Positions 18,179 to 27,259 of a DNA stretch of 64,000 bases are shown here, in pieces (the first letter of the stretch is position 1; each line of letters begins with the position of its first letter). The DNA comes from a virus, in IMG/VR virus record IMGVR_UViG_3300020048_000015, positions 64,001 to 128,000 of that record; one strand, 5' to 3'. A program made the translations under genes and the position numbers. Below the pieces are notes generated by a model. The model saw only the letters and a list, made by a program, of their open reading frames with translations, did not search any database and had not been told where the DNA came from.

Positions 18179-19354
18179 ATGTTTATAAAAAATTACAACA
18201 AATTCTTAGAATCTAAAAATCAAAAAACTATGTGGGACATAATTCCAAATTCAGTTAAAGTGTTACATAAATTATTTACAGCTAATAATAAAAAATTATA
18301 TGTTGTTGGTGGTGCTGTTAGGGATTTCTTAAATAACGAAAAACCTAAAGACTTTGACCTTTGTACTGATGCAACTCCAGATGAAGTTATTGATATTCTT
18401 AAAGATTACAAAACTAACCTTCAAGGTAAAGCATTTGGTGTTGTTGTAGTATTTACAGATGACCAACCTGAAGGAATGGAAATTGCAACTTTTAGAGAAG
18501 ATGTTTATGATACTAAATTAGGGAAATCAAGAAATCCAAATAGTGTTAATTTTACAACTATTGATAAAGATGTTAAAAGACGTGATATCACTTATAATGC
18601 TATGTTTTTTGATTTGGATAAAAAAGAAATTGTAGATTTAGTTGGCGGACAAGAAGATATTAAAAACAAAATTACCAAATTTGTTGGTGAACCTTCTGAA
18701 AGAATTATTGAAGATTCACTTAGAATCTTAAGAATTTTGAGATTTTCTTGTAGATACAATTTTTCCATTGATGAAAAAACTGCTGATGCAATTAAAGAAA
18801 ATGCTGATACCCTTAAAATAATTTCAAAGGAAAGAATCTATGATGAAATGAAGAAAGCTTGGAAACAAGCTAAATCATACACAACTTACCTTAACTATTT
18901 TATTGAGTTTGGATTATTTGAACATATATTTCCAAATGCTTTAGTAAATAAAGAAGTTAAAGATTGTAAGTTTTTTGTAACATATATTGCTAACCTTTTT
19001 AAAAATGATAAACTATCAGATTTAGAAAAAAGATTAATTCAAACATATAAATTTGATAGTGATGTTGTTTCTAAAGCATTATTCCTAATTAACTTAGTTA
19101 ATTTATCACCAGATAATGCATTCAACTTATTTAAAATGAAAAACTCTTCACATTGTGAAGATAGTGTTATCCTTGATTGGTTTAATATTAATGATTTAAA
19201 TGATAATATGTTCATTAAATTTTTAGAATATACACCAAGTGTATCTGCTGAAGAATTAATGGCTAAGGGGATAAAAGGAAAGGAATTAGGTGACACTATT
19301 AAAAGAATGGAATCTGATAATTTTAAAAAATTAATTGAAAAAAATGAAAATTAA
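18179..19354 (+). CDS. CCA-adding enzyme / tRNA nucleotidyltransferase (class II NTase)
   Basis: VVGGAVRD, KDFDLCT, EIATFRED, DVKRRDITYNAM, EDSLRILRILRF, ERIYDE. N-terminal leader MFIKNYNKFLES. Confidence 0.9.
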   Translation: MFIKNYNKFLESKNQKTMWDIIPNSVKVLHKLFTANNKKLYVVGGAVRDFLNNEKPKDFDLCTDATPDEVIDILKDYKTNLQGKAFGVVVVFTDDQPEGMEIATFREDVYDTKLGKSRNPNSVNFTTIDKDVKRRDITYNAMFFDLDKKEIVDLVGGQEDIKNKITKFVGEPSERIIEDSLRILRILRFSCRYNFSIDEKTADAIKENADTLKIISKERIYDEMKKAWKQAKSYTTYLNYFIEFGLFEHIFPNALVNKEVKDCKFFVTYIANLFKNDKLSDLEKRLIQTYKFDSDVVSKALFLINLVNLSPDNAFNLFKMKNSSHCEDSVILDWFNINDLNDNMFIKFLEYTPSVSAEELMAKGIKGKELGDTIKRMESDNFKKLIEKNEN

Positions 19355-20087
19355 TAGATTAAATTATATTAAAGATACTGTTGGAAACAACTATCTTGGA
19401 ATAAAAATACCACAAACAATTGTTCAGCCTTTCCTGGATATATTAAAAAATATAATAGGTGTTGAAGATTATGATATATATGTTAAGAATCAACAAAATA
19501 GAGATCATGGATCACATCACATTACTGTCATTAATGTTATGGACTATAATAACTTATCTAAGGAATTTGGCATTGATAAATTTGTTAGTTCATTAGATGC
19601 TGCTTTTGATTATAATATAGATGATCTTAAATTGATGGGTGTGGGTAAAGCAGAAAAGTCAGGAAACTGTGCTTATTTTATTGTAGTAAATTCAGAAAAA
19701 TCAGATGCTATAAGAACTAGATATAATCTACCTAAACAAGATTTTCATATAACAATTGGATTTAAATATAAAGATGTATTTGGTGTTAGAAAAAATGAAG
19801 TTATTAAAGAGCATGAACCATTTCTAAAAATACTAAAGAAATACTATTATGATTACAACGAAAGGTTTGAATTCATAAAAGAAATTGATGGATTTGATTT
19901 AGACACTGAAAAAGAAATTGAACCAATTAAAATTGAATCTACTTATGCTACATTTAGAATAGATAATGTTTATTTTAATGTTAGTTTAATAGATGATAAT
20001 TTTAGAATAACTGCTCAATGGGATGGATCTGAAAAAAAACCTATATTAGCTAATACACTAATAGCAAAAAAATTTAAAGAAATATAA
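19344..20087 (+). CDS. 2H phosphoesterase family protein
   Basis: Two HxT motifs (HHITVI, FHITIG). Adjacent to the CCA enzyme. Confidence 0.8.
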   Translation: MKINRLNYIKDTVGNNYLGIKIPQTIVQPFLDILKNIIGVEDYDIYVKNQQNRDHGSHHITVINVMDYNNLSKEFGIDKFVSSLDAAFDYNIDDLKLMGVGKAEKSGNCAYFIVVNSEKSDAIRTRYNLPKQDFHITIGFKYKDVFGVRKNEVIKEHEPFLKILKKYYYDYNERFEFIKEIDGFDLDTEKEIEPIKIESTYATFRIDNVYFNVSLIDDNFRITAQWDGSEKKPILANTLIAKKFKEI

Positions 20088-20359
20088 TGTTGAATAAATA
20101 TTACAGCTTAGATGAATGTTTTGAACAAGATGCAGTATTTGATTATTTAGAACTCTTAGAAGAAAATAATAAAATAGAATTTGAAATAATAGATAATGAT
20201 ATTATAAAAATAAAAGATACTGGTCTTCTTTTAAAAGAAACAAAGAATTTAATTAAGTTCTTTGAAGATAATGATGTAATTGAATATAAAGATTTTGATG
20301 ATGAAGATGATTTTGAAGATGATGAAGATGAAGATGATTTTGAAGATGATGATTTTTAA
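20087..20359 (+). CDS. Hypothetical protein with acidic tail
   Basis: Ends in DDEDDFEDDEDEDDFEDDDF. Confidence 0.75.
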   Translation: MLNKYYSLDECFEQDAVFDYLELLEENNKIEFEIIDNDIIKIKDTGLLLKETKNLIKFFEDNDVIEYKDFDDEDDFEDDEDEDDFEDDDF

Positions 20360-20377
20360 AAAATAAATGAAAATAAA

Positions 20378-20983
20378 TTGAAACACTTAAAATTATTTGA
20401 ATCTTGGGTAAATACACCAACATTCTATAGACTTTCCCATTATGATTTATTAAATGGTAATTCAAATGGTGAATATCAACCAACTAAAAGAGTCCGAATG
20501 ATTGGACCATCAATAATCAATGATGCACTTGTGAATAAAGGATTTCCTGATAAAACTAATTGTGTACATTTTATGGATGAAAAAGCGTTTAATGAAAGTG
20601 GTGTAACAATGGTTAATATTTGGGGTAGAAATTCTTATGAAGTAAAAATTGATGATAATTCTATTATAGCGTGGACTTTTTTACTTAATATAAATGATTG
20701 GTATTTAAAGAGCAGTTCATATAGATATTATTCAGATGAAAAGATAATAAAAGATTTGAAAATTAGTGGATATGATGAAGTAGAAACTGCAACAGACGAA
20801 TATGATGATATAGATATAGAATCCACTAAAATTGAACAAATTGAAAGTATGACAGATTTATTGGTTAGTAACGAAGTTATAGGGTTTGGGAAAATTGATG
20901 ATTTAAAAAAATCAAAATATTATAATCAATATAGACTTTTTGCTTGGACTAATGACAAAGTATATCTAAATAAAATAAAATAA
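20378..20983 (+). CDS. Hypothetical protein with (M)KHLKLFES leader
   Basis: TTG start, 201 aa. Confidence 0.7.
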   Translation: MKHLKLFESWVNTPTFYRLSHYDLLNGNSNGEYQPTKRVRMIGPSIINDALVNKGFPDKTNCVHFMDEKAFNESGVTMVNIWGRNSYEVKIDDNSIIAWTFLLNINDWYLKSSSYRYYSDEKIIKDLKISGYDEVETATDEYDDIDIESTKIEQIESMTDLLVSNEVIGFGKIDDLKKSKYYNQYRLFAWTNDKVYLNKIK

Positions 20984-20987
20984 AAAT

Positions 20988-21077
20988 ATGATTGTAATTA
21001 CAGAAAAAGCAAAAGATCAATTAATCAAATTGATGAATGAACAAAATATTGATTATAATTTAAGGGGACGAAGATGA
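20988..21077 (+). pseudogene. Truncated IscA/HesB-like 5' fragment (MIVITEKAKDQLIKLMNEQNIDYNLR)
   Basis: Resembles the A-type Fe-S carrier N-terminus and breaks off at the second repeat copy, before the expected GGCSG motif. Confidence 0.5.
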
Positions 21078-21214
21078 TTTTTAAGATGATTATTTCTAAA
21101 AAATAAAATTAAAAATGCGAAAAGAAAAAATTATCAGTGAACAAGAAAAAATTAGAAAAATAAATTTTCTAATCAATTTGGGCTATACATTAGAAGAATC
21201 AAATCAAAACAATA

Positions 21215-21247
21215 AAAAAAACCACCTAAATTTTAGGTGGTTTTTTT
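21215..21247 (+). terminator. Intrinsic terminator
   Basis: aaaaaaaccacctaaa-t-tttaggtggttttttt. Confidence 0.85.
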
Positions 21248-21273
21248 ATATATACTAAAAATAAATAAAGAAT

Positions 21274-23046
21274 ATGAATAATAAATATAACAACACATTT
21301 ATATTAACATCAATAATTATGTTTATATTCCTTTTAATAAAACCACTAACAATATTTGATGTTATTACTATTTCAAAATTTTTAGAATGGATTGAATTTG
21401 TATGTTTTTTAATATTCATACCAACCTTTTTTATAATATTATATGATCTAAAAATTAAAAATAAAATAGATGTAAATAAAATAATGTATCTAAAAAGATT
21501 AAATAATGTTTTAATATCACAATCAAAAGATAGTCTATTTTACAATGGTGATTTAGAAGAAGAATCAAAAGAAATAATAAAGGAAATTTCAACAACCCTA
21601 AATATAGATAGATCTTCTATATGGTTATATAGCAATAATAAAAAAACACAAATAATCTGCCAACAATTATATTCAAAGAAAAATGATTCTTATACACAAA
21701 ATATAAGAATACCTACTAAAAAGCATGAATCATATTTCAATGCATTAAATAATAAGATTACAATAATCGCCAATAATACAGAAACAAATCCATTAATAAA
21801 ATCATTCTATATTGAATATTTAAAACCATTAGGTATAAAATCAACAATGGATATTCCAATTATTTATAATGGGGATGTAAAAGGTGTTATATCTATTGAA
21901 AGTTTTGATAAAAGATCTTGGAAAGAAGAAGAAATAAACTTTGTTCAAGTATTATCATCATTATATTCATTAGCTTGGTCAATAAATAAATCCAATGAGT
22001 TAAATAATAGAATAAAAGTAAAAGAACAAGAAATAAGAAACAAAATGAATGCCATAAATAAATCAAATTTAGTAATGGAATTAGATTTAAACGGATATGT
22101 ATTAAATGCAAATGATAATTTTTTATTATTAACTGGTTATGATAAAAATGAAATAATAGGTAAAAAATATACAACATTCACAAAAATTGATAATTCTTTT
22201 ATTTGGGAAAAATTAATGAAAGGTGTATATCATTCTGATAAATTTGAAATTCTTAAAAAGAACGGAGATTATATTTGGATAAGAGCTACTTATAATCCAA
22301 TTTTAGATGTAGAAGGTAAAATCTATAAAATAATTAAAATTGCAGTTGATATAAATGAATCAGTTTTACAAAGAGAAGAAATTGAAAAGAAAAACATATA
22401 TTTAGAACATGCAGCTAAAATAATTAGACATGATATGCATTCTGGTATAAACACATATCTACCAAGAGGTATATCATCATTAGAAAGAAGACTACCAAAG
22501 GAAGATATTGAAAGACTTAAATTAGAATCACCATTAAAACTATTAAAAGAAGGTCTTAAACATACACAATTAGTTTATAAAGGAGTTTATGAATTTACAA
22601 ATTTAGTTAAACATAATTCTGAATTAAACAAGACAGAATGTAATATAAAACAAATATTACAAAATTATTTAACATCAACTGTATATTTATCACAAGTATT
22701 ATTAGATGATAATTTACCAATAATACAAGTAAATGAATCACTTTTTTGCACAGCTATTGATAATTTAATAAGAAATGGATTAAAATATAATGATAGTACT
22801 AATAAATTCGTTAAAATCTATTCTGAAAATAAATATATAGTAATTGAAGATAATGGTAGAGGTTTATCACAGGAAGACTTAGATAATTATAGTAAACCAT
22901 ATTCAAGAAGAAAAGATCAAAAAGAATCTGGAACTGGGTTAGGATTGAATATATGTTTAGCAATATTAAAAGAACATGGATTCAGTATAACAACAGAAAA
23001 GGTTATTCCAAATGGAACAAAAATTAAAATTAAAATTTATGATTAA
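21274..23046 (+). CDS. Membrane sensor histidine kinase (2 TM-GAF-PAS-HisKA-HATPase)
   Basis: N-terminal hydrophobic helices; GAF (LNIDRSSIW..LGIKSTMDIPI); PAS (LDLNGYVLNANDNF..GYDKNEIIGK..WIRATYNPI); H-box RHDMHSG; N-box DNLIRNGLKYN; EDNGRG; GTGLGL. Confidence 0.92.
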   Translation: MNNKYNNTFILTSIIMFIFLLIKPLTIFDVITISKFLEWIEFVCFLIFIPTFFIILYDLKIKNKIDVNKIMYLKRLNNVLISQSKDSLFYNGDLEEESKEIIKEISTTLNIDRSSIWLYSNNKKTQIICQQLYSKKNDSYTQNIRIPTKKHESYFNALNNKITIIANNTETNPLIKSFYIEYLKPLGIKSTMDIPIIYNGDVKGVISIESFDKRSWKEEEINFVQVLSSLYSLAWSINKSNELNNRIKVKEQEIRNKMNAINKSNLVMELDLNGYVLNANDNFLLLTGYDKNEIIGKKYTTFTKIDNSFIWEKLMKGVYHSDKFEILKKNGDYIWIRATYNPILDVEGKIYKIIKIAVDINESVLQREEIEKKNIYLEHAAKIIRHDMHSGINTYLPRGISSLERRLPKEDIERLKLESPLKLLKEGLKHTQLVYKGVYEFTNLVKHNSELNKTECNIKQILQNYLTSTVYLSQVLLDDNLPIIQVNESLFCTAIDNLIRNGLKYNDSTNKFVKIYSENKYIVIEDNGRGLSQEDLDNYSKPYSRRKDQKESGTGLGLNICLAILKEHGFSITTEKVIPNGTKIKIKIYD

Positions 23047-23476
23047 TTCAATATTATTAGTGGATGATGAGGATTTATTCCATTTAGTATTTGAAGATGC
23101 TTGTAGTTTATTAGATATAACACTATCATTAAAAAGTATAAATAGTGCTGATGAAGCAGAAATATTATTTAAAAATTGGTTTGAAACAAAAGAATATTTA
23201 AAAAGACCAGAATGTGTATTTGTTGACTTAAATATTGTTGGATCAACATTTGATGGGATTGAACTTATTAAGAAAATAAATTTTCAATATGGTAATAATG
23301 TTGTTATTGGAATTATATCTTCATCTGATGATATAACAGAACAACATAAAGCAAAAGATGTGGGTGCGCAATTTTGGATTATCAAATCAGATGATATTGA
23401 GCCAAGATTGGAACAATTTAAAAAAGATTATGATGGATTCAAAACAAAATCTATACCATTTAAAATCTATAAATAA
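23039..23476 (+). CDS. Single-domain CheY-like response regulator
   Basis: ILLVDDED, VFVDLNI, IISSS, WIIKS. Start placed at the ATG overlapping the kinase stop. Confidence 0.9.
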   Translation: MINSILLVDDEDLFHLVFEDACSLLDITLSLKSINSADEAEILFKNWFETKEYLKRPECVFVDLNIVGSTFDGIELIKKINFQYGNNVVIGIISSSDDITEQHKAKDVGAQFWIIKSDDIEPRLEQFKKDYDGFKTKSIPFKIYK

Positions 23477-23477
23477 T

Positions 23478-23933
23478 ATGAAATATTTAAAATTATTTGA
23501 AAATTTTGATCAAACTAAAATTGATGCTATTTGTAAAAAATATGGTATATGGAATTATACAATAAATACTGATGGATCCATTGATGTTAATACTGATGTT
23601 TTATTATATAGAAGAAATCTAACTAAATTACCATTGAAATTTAATAGGGTTTCTGGTTCGTTCCATTGTCAGGATAATTTACTAACCAATTTAGATGGTT
23701 ATCCAAAAGAAATTGGTGGTTTTTCTTTTTATGATCATAATCCAATAACACAAATAATAGATTTATTTGTTAATGCTGACACATATATAGAGTACCAAGA
23801 AACATATAATTTTGTTAGAAAGGATTGTAAAATTGTTAAACACCTTTTAGAAGAAGCTTTAAAGGACTATAATGAATATTATAATAAGAATAAAAAATTA
23901 CCACAAGAAATAAAAGGATATACTTATATATAA
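23478..23933 (+). CDS. Variable LRR-like family protein (1 repeat)
   Basis: Start at MKYLKLFENF (not 23358). N-cap, 1 repeat, C-cap ending EIKGYTYI. Confidence 0.9.
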   Translation: MKYLKLFENFDQTKIDAICKKYGIWNYTINTDGSIDVNTDVLLYRRNLTKLPLKFNRVSGSFHCQDNLLTNLDGYPKEIGGFSFYDHNPITQIIDLFVNADTYIEYQETYNFVRKDCKIVKHLLEEALKDYNEYYNKNKKLPQEIKGYTYI

Positions 23934-24577
23934 TGAAATACTTAAAATTATTTGAAAACTTTGATCAATCAACAATTGATGATATATGTGAAGAATATGG
24001 TATAAAAAACTATACTTTAAATGCTGATGGATCTATTGATGTAAATGGTAATGTTTGGTTATTCTGTAAAGATCTAACTGAATTACCATTAAAATTTAAT
24101 AAGGTTACTGGTTATTTCAATTGTTCTGCTAATAAATTAACCAATTTAGAAGGTGCGCCTAATTATGTAGGAACTGGTTTTTTTTGTTTTAATAATAACC
24201 TAACAAGTTTAATAGGTGGTCCTAAAGAAGTCGTTGGTAAATTTTATATAAAAGGTAATTATTTAACCAATTTAATAGGTGGTCCTAAAGAAGTTATTGG
24301 GGATTTTGATTGCTCAGATAATAAATTAACTAGTTTAGATGGATATCCTAACTATATAAGTGGTTATTTTACTCGCAACGAAAATCCAATAGATACAATA
24401 ATTATATTATTTAGAGGTATTAAAACATATTTAGAATACCAAGAAACATATAATTTTATAAGAAAAGATGGTAAAATAATTAAGCATTTATTTGAAGAAG
24501 CAATTAAAGATTATAATGAATATTATGATGATTGTGTTGAAATGCCAGAAAAAATAGAAGGATATACTTACATATGA
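23933..24577 (+). CDS. Variable LRR-like family protein (4 repeats)
   Basis: Leader, N-cap, 4 repeats, C-cap ending EMPEKIEGYTYI. Confidence 0.9.
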   Translation: MKYLKLFENFDQSTIDDICEEYGIKNYTLNADGSIDVNGNVWLFCKDLTELPLKFNKVTGYFNCSANKLTNLEGAPNYVGTGFFCFNNNLTSLIGGPKEVVGKFYIKGNYLTNLIGGPKEVIGDFDCSDNKLTSLDGYPNYISGYFTRNENPIDTIIILFRGIKTYLEYQETYNFIRKDGKIIKHLFEEAIKDYNEYYDDCVEMPEKIEGYTYI

Positions 24578-25095
24578 AATACTTAAAATTATTTGAAAAT
24601 TTTAATCAATCTGAAATTGATGCTATTTGTAAACAATATAAAATACAAAATTACACAATAAATCCAAATGGATCTATTGATGTTGATGGCAATGTTTATT
24701 TACCTTTAAGAAATCTAAATAAACTACCACTTAAATTTAATAAAGTAACTGGTTGGTTTGATTGTTCTGATAATGAATTGAATAACTTAGAAGGTTGTCC
24801 AAATTATGTAGGTGATATTTTTAATTGTGCTTATAATGAATTAACCAATTTAGATGGTTATCCAAAAGAAGTTGGTCGTGGTTTTTATTGGGATGGAAAT
24901 CCCATATCAGAAATTATATATTTATTTGGATATAGTATTAAAATTTATTTGGAGTATCAAGAAACATATAATTTTGTTAGAAAAGATTGTAAAATAATTA
25001 AGCACTTATTAGAAGAAGCTTTAAAGGACTATAATGAATATTATAATAGTCAGAAAGAATTGCCAAAAAAAATAGATGGATATACTTATATATGA
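24574..25095 (+). CDS. Variable LRR-like family protein (2 repeats)
   Basis: Leader, N-cap, 2 repeats, C-cap ending KKIDGYTYI. Confidence 0.9.
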   Translation: MKYLKLFENFNQSEIDAICKQYKIQNYTINPNGSIDVDGNVYLPLRNLNKLPLKFNKVTGWFDCSDNELNNLEGCPNYVGDIFNCAYNELTNLDGYPKEVGRGFYWDGNPISEIIYLFGYSIKIYLEYQETYNFVRKDCKIIKHLLEEALKDYNEYYNSQKELPKKIDGYTYI

Positions 25096-25688
25096 AAATA
25101 ATATTATATGATAACACCAAAAAACAATTGATTGATTTATATAACAATCAAAATATCCATATTGAAGGAAATATATTAAAACTTATTGATACATCAAATG
25201 ATGTTGAATTTGAAGAATATATAAATAAATTCATAGAAAACGATAAAGATATGAGAAGAAAACGTTTAGTAATTACTAAACGTGTTCAACAACAAAATAA
25301 TGAATTATTGAAAGCAAAGGATGAATATGAAAGAATACAAACTGAATTAAGTCAATCATTAATAAAAACCCAAGAGTCTGCCATTGAAGCTGAAAAACTT
25401 AGAAAAGAAGCAGAAAATGCAAAAATAGAAGCAGAAAACGATTTAGATATTTTACAAAAGAAAAAACAAAATGAATTAATCGGTAAAATAGTAGTAGTTG
25501 CTTTATGGATTATAATAGGTGTTGGTATAGTAACAACAGGTGTTTATTTATTTTCAATATTTAGTGGAATTGATACACAATTAATAGCCTCAACATGGAG
25601 TAACATCATTGGTATATTATTAACAAATGCATTTAGTATAATTGGTACTATTATGGGTGTTAAATATGCAAGTGAAATGAAAAAATAA
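25092..25688 (+). CDS. Coiled-coil protein with two C-terminal TM helices
   Basis: Long heptad region, then two hydrophobic segments. Coupled to the YTYI junction. Confidence 0.75.
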   Translation: MKIILYDNTKKQLIDLYNNQNIHIEGNILKLIDTSNDVEFEEYINKFIENDKDMRRKRLVITKRVQQQNNELLKAKDEYERIQTELSQSLIKTQESAIEAEKLRKEAENAKIEAENDLDILQKKKQNELIGKIVVVALWIIIGVGIVTTGVYLFSIFSGIDTQLIASTWSNIIGILLTNAFSIIGTIMGVKYASEMKK

Positions 25689-25695
25689 AATAGAA

Positions 25696-25755
25696 ATGAA
25701 AATTAAATTATTTAAGGATTTTATCATAAATGAATTAAAGTCAAATACATATTAA
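25696..25755 (+). CDS. 19-aa mini-ORF made almost only of the leader (MKIKLFKDFIINELKSNTY)
   Basis: Read by hand, not in ORF track. Confidence 0.55.
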   Translation: MKIKLFKDFIINELKSNTY

Positions 25756-25774
25756 TTTAATTAGTTTTTTCATA

Positions 25775-26158
25775 TTATCTTCTATGATTTATTGGCATAT
25801 CAGAAACAATTTGAACTTGAATACCTAAATTATGCCCATCAATATCTAAGTCTTTATATTCTGAATTAGAATAATGTATATTTCTACTATCAAATGTAAT
25901 TGCTTTTGGTCCATACATTTTTTGGTGTTCAATTTGTTTCTTTTCTTGTTCTTGTTTTAATTGCAAATTATATAATTCATCAATAGTCATTCTATTATAT
26001 GGATTATCAACAATAGGTTGTTCAATAGGTTTATTATATTCTGGATTTTTATATCCATATTTAGCCAACAAAGCAGCAGCCTCAGCACTTGAAACATCAA
26101 CATTATTTGTTGTTTCTACTTGTTGATTATCTATTATTCTTACTTCTGGTTTATGCAT
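25775..26158 (-). CDS. Hypothetical protein
   Basis: 127-aa ORF. Confidence 0.75.
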   Translation of the reverse strand: MHKPEVRIIDNQQVETTNNVDVSSAEAAALLAKYGYKNPEYNKPIEQPIVDNPYNRMTIDELYNLQLKQEQEKKQIEHQKMYGPKAITFDSRNIHYSNSEYKDLDIDGHNLGIQVQIVSDMPINHRR

Positions 26159-26210
26159 TTAATTTATTATTTTTATAAAATCTCTAAATTTAAGTATCAT
26201 TTTTTTTAAA

Positions 26211-26891
26211 TTAAATTATATCAAAAACAATGCAGGTATCACCAAAATTTTCACCTTTGTAAGACCACCAAATTCCACCCTCCCTCAAGACATCAATCTT
26301 AGGTGGTTTTGATACAAATTCATATCCATCGAAACTTCCATATCTATATTCACTTAACCAATTATACTTTCTAGTATCATAACTTCTATTACCAATATTT
26401 TTCCATTTTCCACATCCCTGAAGATCGTAATTTACATATATAATTCTTGTTCCAACATTAGCAGTCTTGAATATTTGAGAAATTATATCATACATATCTT
26501 TATCTTTAACCATTGGTCTATACATATATATAACATCTAAATTAGAATAATTGAATTTTTTAGCATCTCCATATACTACTGATATATCTTTGTGATATTC
26601 TTTATATTTAGTTTGTATTTCTATTCCACTTGCATCCATCCCAAACTTTTCTGCTAACCTTACAATATTACCAAATCCACATCCAATATCAACAAATTTA
26701 GAACCTTTTAAGTATTTTTCAAAAATAGATGTAATGAATGTACCAACTGGTATGGCATCAAATTTATTATCTAAAGGGGTATTATTTCTATCTTTAAAAC
26801 CACCAATTCTTTTGGCTTTTCTATATAGACTTAGATAGAATCTATCAATTTCAGATTGATCAAAGTTTTCAAATAATTTTAAGTATTTCAT
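26211..26891 (-). CDS. Class I SAM-dependent methyltransferase with LRR-family leader
   Basis: FVDIGCGFG, GIE, GDA, DVIYMYRP. First 16 aa identical to the 1284-2513 gene. Confidence 0.85.
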   Translation of the reverse strand: MKYLKLFENFDQSEIDRFYLSLYRKAKRIGGFKDRNNTPLDNKFDAIPVGTFITSIFEKYLKGSKFVDIGCGFGNIVRLAEKFGMDASGIEIQTKYKEYHKDISVVYGDAKKFNYSNLDVIYMYRPMVKDKDMYDIISQIFKTANVGTRIIYVNYDLQGCGKWKNIGNRSYDTRKYNWLSEYRYGSFDGYEFVSKPPKIDVLREGGIWWSYKGENFGDTCIVFDII

Positions 26892-27259
26892 TATATATAA
26901 GTATAATATTTAATTTCTTTTGGTAATTCTACCTGTTTATCATAATATTCATTAAAATCTTCAATAGCTTCTTCCAATCTATGTTTAACAATTTTAAAAT
27001 CCTTTCTTAAAAAATTATATGTTTCTTGATAGTCTAAATAAATATTCACATCCCCATTAAATAAATCTACTATATCCCATCCTACAATTCTATTAAATTC
27101 AAGTGGTATTTTAGTTAAATCCATCTTATAAAAATCAACATCAGCAAGAACATCAATTGTTCCATCGGTATTTATTGTATAGTATTTAATGTTATATTCT
27201 TTACATATTTTAATAATTTCTGATTTATTAAAGTTTTCAAATAATTTTATGTATAGCAT
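26891..27259 (-). CDS. LRR-like family protein with zero repeats (N-cap fused to C-cap)
   Basis: LTKIPLEFNRIVG joins directly to WDIVDLF..YLDYQETYNFLRKD..EIKYYTYI. Confidence 0.85.
   Translation of the reverse strand: MLYIKLFENFNKSEIIKICKEYNIKYYTINTDGTIDVLADVDFYKMDLTKIPLEFNRIVGWDIVDLFNGDVNIYLDYQETYNFLRKDFKIVKHRLEEAIEDFNEYYDKQVELPKEIKYYTYI

Larger units (their letters stand above)
20327..21107. repeat. 41-bp direct repeat (20327-20367 and 21067-21107) bounding a 0.7-kb module
   Basis: gatgaagatgattttgaagatgatgatttttaaaaaataaa vs gacgaagatgatttttaagatgattatttctaaaaaataaa, 37/41. Confidence 0.8.

Noticed and set aside
2403-27259. Recurrent ~50-bp junction as a CRISPR array
   Set aside because: Repeats are protein-coding, 400-700 bp apart and degenerate; no cas genes.
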